Shown piece after piece: positions 16,557-23,961 of a DNA stretch of 32,000 nt. Both the position numbers and the translations under genes were made by a program. Under the pieces are notes generated by a model. It saw only the letters and a list, made by a program, of their open reading frames with translations, had not been told where the DNA came from and searched no databases. How positions within the stretch are numbered: position 1 is the stretch's first letter; each line of letters begins with the position of its first letter. The stretch is from contig NC_009664.2 of the NCBI RefSeq assembly GCF_000017305.1, positions 3,450,001-3,482,000 of the forward strand. The letters are read 5' to 3'. The DNA comes from Kineococcus radiotolerans SRS30216 = ATCC BAA-149 (GTDB lineage: Bacteria > Actinomycetota > Actinomycetes > Actinomycetales > Kineococcaceae).

Positions 16557-18013
16557 GGCGCGGTGCTCGTGGTCTCGGCGCCGATCTCCTCCAGCTCGCG
16601 GCCCTTGGTCTCCTGCACGGCCCGGCGGACGAAGACGAACGACAGCAGCGCGATGACGGCGTAGAGGCCGTAGGCGTACTGCAGGCCCAGCTTGGCCAGC
16701 GACGGGAAGCTCGTCGAGATCGCGAAGTTCGCCAGCCACTGCGCGGCCGCGGCCACGGCCAGACCGGCGGCCCGGATCCTGTTGGGGAACATCTCGCCCA
16801 GCAGCACCCACACGACCGGGCCCCAGGTGGCGCCGAAGGAGATGACGTAGACGTTGGCGGCGATGACGCCGATGGTCCCCCACGGCTGCGGCAGCGAGAC
16901 GTCCTGGCCGCTGCCGCTGGCCTGGGAGAAGGCGATCGCCATGACCGTGAGCGAGAGGAACATGCCCGCCGAGCCGACGGTCAGCAGCGGCTTGCGCCCG
17001 ATCCTGTCGACGGTGGCGATGGCGATGAACGTCACGACGACGTTGGTGACCGAGGTGATGACCGAGGTGGTGAAGGCGTCGGACTCGTCGAAGCCGACGG
17101 CCTTCCACAGCGTGGTGGAGTAGTAGAAGATCACGTTGATGCCGATGCCCTGCTGCAGCACCGACAGCAGGATCCCGACCCAGACGATGGGCAGCAGGCC
17201 GAACCTCGGCCCGCGCAGGTCGCGCAGGCTGGGCTCGTCCTCGCGGCGCATCGAGTTCTTGATGTCGGCGACCTTGCGCTGCACGGCCTCCAGGCTGCGG
17301 GTGCCCAGGACCTCGCGCAGCACCTCGCCGGCGCGCTGGGTCTTCCCCTGGGCGATGAGGTAGCGCGGGGACTCCGGGATCTGCAGGGCCAGCAACGCCC
17401 AGACCAGCGAGGGGATGACCCCGACCACGAACATCCACCGCCACGCGTCCCACCCGAACCACGTCGTCTCCGAGGCCCCGCCGGCGGTGTTGGCGATGAA
17501 GGCGTCGGAGAGCAGGGCGGCGAAGATGCCGACGGTGATGGCGAGCTGCTGCAGCGAGGCCAGCCGGCCGCGGATGTGGGCGGGGGCGACCTCGGCGATG
17601 TAGGTCGGGGCGATGACCGAGGCGATCCCGACGCCGACACCGCCGACGACGCGCCACAGGATCAGGTCCCACACGCCGAAGGCGAAGGCGGACCCGACGG
17701 CGCTGACGGCGAAGAGCGCCCCGGCGATCACCATGACCGCCTTGCGGCCGAAGCGGTCGGCCAGCCGGCCGGCGAACCAGGCCCCCACCGCCGCCCCCAG
17801 CAGCGCGCAGGACACCGCGAAGCCCTTCAGCCCCGCCGCGAGGCGGAACTCCTCGGCGACGGCGTCCACCGCGCCGTTGACGACGGCGGTGTCGAAGCCG
17901 AAGAGGAACCCCCCGATGGCGGCGACGACCGAGATGAGCACGACCTTCGTCGTGGTGCGCTGCCGCTCCTCGGCGTCGGCGCGGTCGGGACCGCGCCCGT
18001 TCTCCTGGGACAT
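16553..18013 (-). CDS. MFS sugar porter family transporter (sugar or inositol:H+ symporter type)
   Basis: 486 aa with 12 predicted TM segments. Sugar-porter signatures: GRLADRFGRKAVM, PESPRYL, VDRIGRKPLL, and ETKGRELEEI at the C-terminus. ATG start with a GAGAGGAA SD. Confidence 0.9.
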   Translation of the reverse strand: MSQENGRGPDRADAEERQRTTTKVVLISVVAAIGGFLFGFDTAVVNGAVDAVAEEFRLAAGLKGFAVSCALLGAAVGAWFAGRLADRFGRKAVMVIAGALFAVSAVGSAFAFGVWDLILWRVVGGVGVGIASVIAPTYIAEVAPAHIRGRLASLQQLAITVGIFAALLSDAFIANTAGGASETTWFGWDAWRWMFVVGVIPSLVWALLALQIPESPRYLIAQGKTQRAGEVLREVLGTRSLEAVQRKVADIKNSMRREDEPSLRDLRGPRFGLLPIVWVGILLSVLQQGIGINVIFYYSTTLWKAVGFDESDAFTTSVITSVTNVVVTFIAIATVDRIGRKPLLTVGSAGMFLSLTVMAIAFSQASGSGQDVSLPQPWGTIGVIAANVYVISFGATWGPVVWVLLGEMFPNRIRAAGLAVAAAAQWLANFAISTSFPSLAKLGLQYAYGLYAVIALLSFVFVRRAVQETKGRELEEIGAETTSTAP

Positions 18014-18104
18014 GCGGGGTTCCTCTCACCGGTGCGCGTCGGCGCTCCTGGCCGGAGCCCGCCGACGATGATCCGCCCGCGCCCCGCCGGGCGCACCCCG
18101 AAGC

Positions 18105-18359
18105 TCAGCCGTCCTCGCCGCGCGCGGTGGCGAGGTCGTGGGCGGCGATGTCGACGGCCTCCTCGGCCCGGCGGGCGGCGTCGACCAGGCCGGCCAGCGC
18201 GGCCCCGTCGGGGATCCGCACCGAGCGCGCGCCGTAGGCCTTGGCCAGCGACTTCGCCTCGGCGGCGAGCTCGGCCAGCACGGTCGCGGCCGCGTCGCGG
18301 GCCTCGCGCAGCGCGGCCTCCTGGGCGGTGGTGTCCTCGCGGTCGTGGCGCAGCGGCAC
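18105..18359 (-). CDS. hypothetical small alpha-helical protein (84 aa)
   Basis: GTG start preceded by a GAGGAAGGA SD 7 nt upstream. Essentially 100% GC3. Ala/Glu/Arg-rich with helix-like composition. No motif recognised. Confidence 0.55.
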   Translation of the reverse strand: MPLRHDREDTTAQEAALREARDAAATVLAELAAEAKSLAKAYGARSVRIPDGAALAGLVDAARRAEEAVDIAAHDLATARGEDG

Positions 18360-18451
18360 GGTGGTGTCCTTCCTCGGAGCGGGGCGTCCATCGTCCCAGC
18401 GCGTCCGATCCGTTCAAGACCGGCCCGCCCCCGTCGCGGGAAGCTGTCCGC

Positions 18452-18853
18452 ATGAGCACCGGACCCGTCCCCCGCCTCGACCTCGTCGGCGTGGTCGTCG
18501 CCGACATGGCCCGCTCCCTCGCCTTCTACCGCCGCCTCGGCCTCGACGTCCCCGCCGACGCCGACGACCAGCCGCACGTCGAGGTCGTCCTGCCCGGCGG
18601 CCTGCGCCTGGCCTGGGACACCGAGGAGACCGTCCGCTCCTTCGACCCCGGCTGGGTCCCGCCCACCGGTCACCGCGGGTCGCTGGCCTTCGACTGCGGC
18701 GACCCGGCCGGGGTGGACCGGGTCCACGCCGACCTCCTGGCCGCGGGGGCGGAGTCGCACCTGGCGCCGTTCGACGCGGTCTGGGGCCAGCGCTACGCCG
18801 TCGTCCTCGACCCCGACGGCGCGTCGGTCGACCTCTTCGCCGCGCTCGGCTGA
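18452..18853 (+). CDS. VOC (glyoxalase/bleomycin-resistance/dioxygenase) family protein
   Basis: 133 aa. LDLVGVVVADMARSLAFYRRLGLDV... and the C-terminal YAVVLDPDGASVDLF are typical of the VOC beta-alpha-beta-beta-beta fold. The ATG at 18452 is in the frame of the long track ORF 17576-18853. Confidence 0.8.
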   Translation: MSTGPVPRLDLVGVVVADMARSLAFYRRLGLDVPADADDQPHVEVVLPGGLRLAWDTEETVRSFDPGWVPPTGHRGSLAFDCGDPAGVDRVHADLLAAGAESHLAPFDAVWGQRYAVVLDPDGASVDLFAALG

Positions 18854-19539
18854 AACGCCCGGGGCGTCCGGCCGGTGAACGCGCGGACCTCCCGCGCCAG
18901 GGGGGCCTGGTCGCTGAAGCCGGCGCCGGCCGCCACCTCGGCGGGGGACCGGCCCGCGCGCAGCGCCCGCACGGCCCGCTGCAGGCGCAGCACCCGCGCC
19001 AGCACCTGGGGGGAGTAGCCGAAGGCGGCGAGGCTACGCCGGTGCAGCCACCGCAGCCCGACGCCCAGGTCCTCGGCGACGTCGGCGACGCGCCGGTCGT
19101 CGGCGAGGAGCCGGGCGGCCCGGGCGGTCAGCGCGTCGGGCGGCGGGGCGGCGCGCGCGATCTCCTCCAGCGCGGTCCCGGGCCGGTCCGCGAGCGCCAC
19201 CGCGCTCGTGAGCCGCCGCACCCGGTCCGCGCTCCACAGGTCCTCCAGCGGGACGCGCGCGTCGCGCAGCTCGTGCGCGGGGACCCCGAGCAGGGCCGGG
19301 GCGTGGCCGGGGGCGAACCGCAGCCCCGTCCACCGCACCCGCCCGTCGCCGTCGGCCCGGTGCGCGCGGGTGTCGGGACCCGCCACCAGCAGCCGGCCCT
19401 CACCGCCCTCGCAGCGCCACAGCAGGTCCAGGCACCCGTCGGGCAGGACGAGCCCGCCGGAGCCGGCGGTGGGACCGGGGGCGGGGGTGCTGGACCACAC
19501 CCGGGCGCCGGGGACGCGGGAGGTGCGCTCGCGGTACAC
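18793..19539 (-). CDS. AraC family transcriptional regulator
   Basis: 248 aa. C-terminal AraC HTH region ...VADVAEDLGVGLRWLHRRSLAAFGYSPQVLARVLRLQRAVRAL...GFSDQAPLAREVRAFTGRTPRAF. High GC3 from the GTG at 19539. Its 3' end overlaps the convergent VOC gene by 61 nt. Confidence 0.8.
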   Translation of the reverse strand: MYRERTSRVPGARVWSSTPAPGPTAGSGGLVLPDGCLDLLWRCEGGEGRLLVAGPDTRAHRADGDGRVRWTGLRFAPGHAPALLGVPAHELRDARVPLEDLWSADRVRRLTSAVALADRPGTALEEIARAAPPPDALTARAARLLADDRRVADVAEDLGVGLRWLHRRSLAAFGYSPQVLARVLRLQRAVRALRAGRSPAEVAAGAGFSDQAPLAREVRAFTGRTPRAFQPSAAKRSTDAPSGSRTTA

Positions 19540-19577
19540 CCCCGCAGTCCAGCGCGGACCTCCGACACCCGCTTCGC

Positions 19578-19583
19578 TAGGGT
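19578..19583 (+). promoter_or_regulatory. -10 element (TAGGGT, TANNNT class) positioned for a leaderless ndk mRNA
   Basis: TAGGGT ends 6 nt before the G of the ndk GTG start (19590). No SD-like purine run lies between them. This geometry matches actinobacterial leaderless transcripts. Confidence 0.4.
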
Positions 19584-19589
19584 CGGCGC

Positions 19590-20021
19590 GTGACTGACAC
19601 CACCGCGCAGCGGACCCTCGTCCTGGTCAAGCCCGACGGCGTGCGCCGCAACCTCTCCGGGGAGGTGCTGCGGCGCATCGAGGCCAAGGGCTACACCCTG
19701 GTCGCGCTGGAGTTGCGCACCGCCGACCGCGAGCTCCTCGCCGGCCACTACGCCGAGCACGAGGGGAAGCCGTTCTACGAGCCGCTGGTGGAGTTCATGC
19801 TCTCCGGGCCCGTCCTCGCCGCGGTCGTCGAGGGCCACCGCGTCATCGAGGGCTTCCGCTCCCTCGCCGGCACGACCGACCCCACGACGGCCGCTCCCGG
19901 CACCATCCGCGGCGACCTGGGCCGCGACTGGGGCCTGAAGGTGCAGCAGAACCTCGTCCACGGGTCGGACTCCCCGGAGTCCGCCGCGCGCGAGATCGGG
20001 CTCTGGTTCCCGAACCTCTGA
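19590..20021 (+). CDS. ndk: nucleoside-diphosphate kinase
   Basis: 143 aa. [12 protein letters not shown]-type N-terminus ([14 protein letters not shown]), GKPFY, and the active-site NLVHGSDS motif. Confidence 0.97.
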   Translation: MTDTTAQRTLVLVKPDGVRRNLSGEVLRRIEAKGYTLVALELRTADRELLAGHYAEHEGKPFYEPLVEFMLSGPVLAAVVEGHRVIEGFRSLAGTTDPTTAAPGTIRGDLGRDWGLKVQQNLVHGSDSPESAAREIGLWFPNL

Positions 20022-20101
20022 CGCACCGATGACTTCCCGGGCAGGCTGAGGTCGGAGGAGCAGGAGGGCCGGCCAGCGGCCCGGGACCCGAGGAGCCCAC
20101 C

Positions 20102-20524
20102 GTGCGCACGATCTTCGTCAACCTCCCCGTCGCGGACAAGGAGGTCGCCAAGACCTTCTTCACCGCGCTCGGCTTCTCGTTGAACCCGCAGTTCGAGGAC
20201 GAGACCACGGCCTGCGTCGTGGTCGAGGAGAACGTCCTCGTCCTCGTGCACGAACCGGAGAAGTGGAAGCAGTTCCTGCACTCCGAGCCCGCGCCGGGGG
20301 GCACGAACGAAGTGATGATCGCGCTCTCGGCCTCCGGTCGCGAGGAGTGCGACGACCTGAAGGCGAAGGCGCTGGCCAACGGGGGAGCGGAGTACGCCCC
20401 CACCCAGGACCACGGCTGGATGTACGGGGTCAGCTTCCGCGACCCCGACGGTCACGTCTGGGAGGCGAGCTGGATGGACGTCGAGGCCGCCGCCGGGGCC
20501 GGGGCCGGGGCCGGCGAAGCGTGA
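20102..20524 (+). CDS. VOC family protein (glyoxalase-fold, small stand-alone type)
   Basis: 140 aa. MRTIFVNLPVADKEVAKTFFTALGFSLNPQF... and DHGWMYGVSFRDPDGHVWEASWMD are characteristic of this conserved VOC subgroup. GTG start with a GAGGAG SD. The C-terminal tail is a Gly-Ala repeat. Confidence 0.85.
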   Translation: MRTIFVNLPVADKEVAKTFFTALGFSLNPQFEDETTACVVVEENVLVLVHEPEKWKQFLHSEPAPGGTNEVMIALSASGREECDDLKAKALANGGAEYAPTQDHGWMYGVSFRDPDGHVWEASWMDVEAAAGAGAGAGEA

Positions 20525-20531
20525 CCCGCGG

Positions 20532-20563
20532 CCGGCCGGTGGTCCCGCAGGACCACCGGCCGG
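20532..20563. terminator. bidirectional hairpin terminator between convergent VOC and acs genes
   Basis: CCGGCCGGTGGTCC (20532-20545), loop CGCA, GGACCACCGGCCGG (20550-20563). The stem is a perfect 14 bp. It lies 8 nt after the VOC stop and 7 nt after the acs stop. Confidence 0.6.
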
Positions 20564-20569
20564 AGCCGG

Positions 20570-22540
20570 TCAGCGCGAGCGCACGTACTGCGCCCAGGCC
20601 GTCTCCACGGCGGCGAGCGCCGTCTCGTCCTGCAGCGAGGTCACGTCCCCCCCGCCGCGCCCGGCGGTCAGGTCCGCCATCAACCGGCGCATGATCTTCC
20701 CCGACCGGGTCTTGGGCAGGTCCGGGACGACGACCACGTCGCGGGGCCGGGCGACGGGCCCGATCTCGCGGGCGACGTGCTCGCGCAGCTCCGCCGCCAC
20801 CCCGTCCTCGGGACCGGCCCCGCGCAGGATGACGAAGGCGACGATCCGCTGCCCGGTCGTGTCGTCCGGGGCGCCCACGACGGCCGCCTCCGCGACCCGG
20901 GGGTGCGAGACCAGGGCCGACTCCAGCTCGATGCTGGACAACCGGTGCCCGGAGACGTTGAGCACGTCGTCGATGCGGCCGCCGATCCAGATGTAGCCGT
21001 CGGCGTCCTTCGTGGCGGCGTCGCCGGCGAGGTAGTAGCCCTGCGCCGCGTAGGGCTCCCAGTAGCTCTTCACGAACCGCGCGTGGTCGCGCCACACCGT
21101 CCGCGCCATCCCCGGCCAGGGCTTCGTGATGACGAGCACGCCCTGCTCACCGGGGGCGGTCTCGTTCCCCTCGTCGTCGACCACGGTCGCCGACAGCCCC
21201 GGCAGCGGGACCGTCCCCGAGCCCGGCTTCAGCGGCGTGACCCCCGGCAGGGGAGCGACGACGGCCGCCCCCGTCTCCGACTGCCACCAGGTGTCGACGA
21301 TCGGGCAGCGCCCGCCCCCGACCTCGCGGTGCAACCACGACCACGCCTCGGGGTTGATGGCCTCGCCCACCGACCCCAGCAGCCGCAGCGACGAGAGGTC
21401 GAAGCGCGCGGGCAGCTCCGGCCCGTGCTTCATGAACGTCCGCACCAGGGTGGGAGCGGTGTAGTAGATCGTCACCCCGTACTTCTCGATCACCTCGAAG
21501 TGCCGGCCCGGGTGCGGGGTCAGCGGCGACCCCTCGTAGATGACCTGGGTGACGCCGTTGGACAGCGGGCCGTACATCTCGTAGCTGTGCGCGGTGACCC
21601 AGGCGAGGTCGGCCTGGCACCAGTAGACGTCGTCGTCCTTCACGTCGAAGACCGCCCAGTGCGACCAGGACGTGTGGGTGAGGTACCCCCCGCTGGTGTG
21701 CACCAGGCCCTTGGGCTTCCCGGTGGTGCCCGAGGTGTAGATGATGAACAGCGGGTTCTCGCTGTCGAAGCTCGGCGCGACGTGCGTGCTCGGCTGACGG
21801 TCGACGAGGTCGTGCCACCACACGTCGCGGCCCTCGGTCCACGGCACGTCCGGGGTCTGCTCGCCGGTGCGGCGCAGGACGAGGACGTGCTCGACGTGGT
21901 CGAGGCCCTCGACCGCGGCGTCGGCGGCGGCCTTCACCGCGACGGCGGTGCCGCGGCGGAACTGACCGTCGGTGCAGACCAGGAGCTTCGCCCCGGTGTC
22001 CTCGACCCGGAAGCGCAGCGCCTCGGCGGAGAAACCCCCGAACACCAGGCTCACGACGGCCCCGATGCGCGCGCAGGCCATCGTCGTGACGATGGTCTCG
22101 GGCAGGACCGGCAGGTACAGGACGACGCGGTCGCCGTGCCCGACGCCGAGCTCCTCCAGCGCGTTCGCCAGCCGGCAGACCTCGTCCTGCAGTTGCGCGT
22201 AGGTGATGGTGCGCGCGTCGCCGGGTTCGCCCTCCCAGTGCAGGGCGACCTTGTCCCCGCGCCCGGCGGCGACGTGGCGGTCCACGCAGTTCACCGCCAC
22301 GTTCAGCTTGCCGCCGGTGAACCACTGCGCCGTCGGCAGCGTCGAGCCGTCGAAGACGGTGGTGAACGGCTCGTCCCACTGCAGCCGGCGGGCCTGCTCG
22401 GCCCAGAACGCCTCGGGGTCGGCGGCCGCGCGCTCGTGCTCGTCCGCGCCCACGTTGGCCTGGGCGGTGAACGCCGCGGAGGGGGGGAACACGAGGTCCT
22501 GGGCGGTGGCGCCGGGGTCCGCGGGGGGCGTGCTGGTCAT
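20570..22540 (-). CDS. acs: acetyl-CoA synthetase (AMP-forming)
   Basis: 656 aa. YTSGTTGKPKG AMP-binding motif, WWQSETG, YYLAGDAATKDADGYIWIGGRIDDVLNVSGHR, and PKTRSGKIMRR with the conserved regulatory lysine. The ATG at 22538-22540 has an AGGAGGA SD. The longer track ORF N-terminus is not supported. Confidence 0.95.
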   Translation of the reverse strand: MTSTPPADPGATAQDLVFPPSAAFTAQANVGADEHERAAADPEAFWAEQARRLQWDEPFTTVFDGSTLPTAQWFTGGKLNVAVNCVDRHVAAGRGDKVALHWEGEPGDARTITYAQLQDEVCRLANALEELGVGHGDRVVLYLPVLPETIVTTMACARIGAVVSLVFGGFSAEALRFRVEDTGAKLLVCTDGQFRRGTAVAVKAAADAAVEGLDHVEHVLVLRRTGEQTPDVPWTEGRDVWWHDLVDRQPSTHVAPSFDSENPLFIIYTSGTTGKPKGLVHTSGGYLTHTSWSHWAVFDVKDDDVYWCQADLAWVTAHSYEMYGPLSNGVTQVIYEGSPLTPHPGRHFEVIEKYGVTIYYTAPTLVRTFMKHGPELPARFDLSSLRLLGSVGEAINPEAWSWLHREVGGGRCPIVDTWWQSETGAAVVAPLPGVTPLKPGSGTVPLPGLSATVVDDEGNETAPGEQGVLVITKPWPGMARTVWRDHARFVKSYWEPYAAQGYYLAGDAATKDADGYIWIGGRIDDVLNVSGHRLSSIELESALVSHPRVAEAAVVGAPDDTTGQRIVAFVILRGAGPEDGVAAELREHVAREIGPVARPRDVVVVPDLPKTRSGKIMRRLMADLTAGRGGGDVTSLQDETALAAVETAWAQYVRSR

Positions 22541-22827
22541 GCGGTGGTCGTCCTCCTGGCTGGGGGCGGCGATCGGATGAGCGGCCCGTGGCCGGCTTGG
22601 TCGCCAGGGTAGCCGCGCCGTAGGCTCCCACCGTGGACAGCACCCGGACGCGCGACGCTCACCCGAGCGCCCGTCCGTTCTTCGCGGTCCAGCGCCGCCA
22701 CGTCGACCTCTGCCGCACCCGCTCCGCCGCCTGTCGCTGACCCGCCCCGCCGCCCGGAACACCCGGCGGCCCCCGGGCGCTCGACCGAGCGGCCCGGCCG
22801 GTCACGTCAGCCCCGAGGGGGTCCACC

Positions 22828-23961
22828 ATGTCCCGCAGCGCGCCCCGCGGCACGTCCCGCACCCTGCGCGTCGGCGTCGAGCTCGACGCCGCCGGCCGCC
22901 ACCCCGCCGCCTGGCGCCTGCCCGGCGCCCGGCCCGCCGAGCTGTTCACCGCCGCCCACTGGCGCCGCCTGGCCGCGCTCGTCGACGACGCCGACCTGGA
23001 CCTGCTGCTCGTCCCCGACTCCTTCCGCCTGGGGTCCGCGGACGAGCGCGACCAGCGCGGGCGCCTCGACGCCGTGGCGATCGCCGCCCACCTCGCCCCC
23101 CTGACCCGGCGCACCGGTCTCGTCCCCGTCGTCACCACGACCCACACCGAGCCGTTCCACACCAACAAGGCCGTCGCCACCCTGGACTTCACCAGCCGCG
23201 GCCGCGCCGGCTGGCAGGTCGAGGTGTCCACCACCGCCGAGGAGGCGGAGGCGTTCGGCCGCCGGGGGACCGCGCCCGCACCGGAGCTGTGGCAGGAGGC
23301 CGCGGAGACCGTCGAGGTGGTGCGCGCCCTCTGGGACAGCTGGGAGGACGACGCGGTGGTCCGCGACGTCGCCACCGGCCGCTTCGTCGACCGCGACAAG
23401 CTGCACCACGTCGACTTCGCGGGGGAGAACTTCTCCGTCAAGGGCCCCTCCATCACCCCGCGCTCCCCGCAGGGGCAGCCGCTGGTCGTCGTGCCGGTGC
23501 GCGACGAGCCCTCCCTGGCCGTCGCCGCCGCCCACGCCGACGTCGCCCGGGTCGAGGCCCCCGACCCGGCCACCGCCGCCGCCACGGCCGCCCGGCTGCG
23601 CGACCTCGCCGGCCGGGAGGTCACCGTCCTGCTCGACGTCGAGGTCCTGCTGCGGGCCACCGCGGGGGAGGCGCGGGAGGCCGCCGCCCACCTGGAGGAC
23701 CTGAGCCCCGGCCACCCGCCGCGGACCCTGCGCCACCTGGGCGAGCCCGCCTCGCTGGTGGCCGCGCTCGGGCAGCTGCCCGCGGGGATCGACGGCGCCG
23801 TCCTCGCCCCCCTGGACCTGCCCGCGACGCTGGAGCTCCTCGTCGCCGACGTCGTGCCCCGGCTGTCCCGTCCCGCGGTCGCCGGGACGACCCTGCGCGA
23901 GCGCTTCGGCCTGCCCCGCCCCGCCAGCCGCTACGCCGTCCCCGCAGGAGGCACCCGATGA
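22828..23961 (+). CDS. LLM-class (luciferase-like) flavin-dependent oxidoreductase, shorter paralog of the downstream monooxygenase
   Basis: 377 aa. Several blocks align by eye with the next gene: TLDFTSRGRAGWQVEVS vs SLDHLSGGRAAWNVVTS, PRSPQGQP vs PRSPQGHP, TLRERFGL vs TLREHLGL. ATG start with a GAGGGGG SD. Confidence 0.8.
   Translation: MSRSAPRGTSRTLRVGVELDAAGRHPAAWRLPGARPAELFTAAHWRRLAALVDDADLDLLLVPDSFRLGSADERDQRGRLDAVAIAAHLAPLTRRTGLVPVVTTTHTEPFHTNKAVATLDFTSRGRAGWQVEVSTTAEEAEAFGRRGTAPAPELWQEAAETVEVVRALWDSWEDDAVVRDVATGRFVDRDKLHHVDFAGENFSVKGPSITPRSPQGQPLVVVPVRDEPSLAVAAAHADVARVEAPDPATAAATAARLRDLAGREVTVLLDVEVLLRATAGEAREAAAHLEDLSPGHPPRTLRHLGEPASLVAALGQLPAGIDGAVLAPLDLPATLELLVADVVPRLSRPAVAGTTLRERFGLPRPASRYAVPAGGTR

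Noticed and set aside
16557-18029. Upstream part of the 712-aa track ORF that ends as the DinB-like protein
   Set aside because: It is an alternate frame over the sugar-porter gene. The DinB-like gene starts at the GTG overlapping the porter stop.
18360-18451. Direct repeats GCGTCCATC / GCGTCCGATC in the divergent spacer between the 84-aa gene and the VOC gene, considered as an AraC-type binding site
   Set aside because: The repeats are short and imperfect with no supporting spacing rule or conservation data. They are not separable from chance.
20495-20512. (GGGGCC)x3 hexanucleotide repeat at the 3' end of the VOC gene, considered as a G-quadruplex or slippage element
   Set aside because: There are only three G4 runs, and a fourth is needed for a canonical intramolecular quadruplex. 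The repeat simply encodes the Gly-Ala tail (AGAGAGAG). There is no evidence of function.
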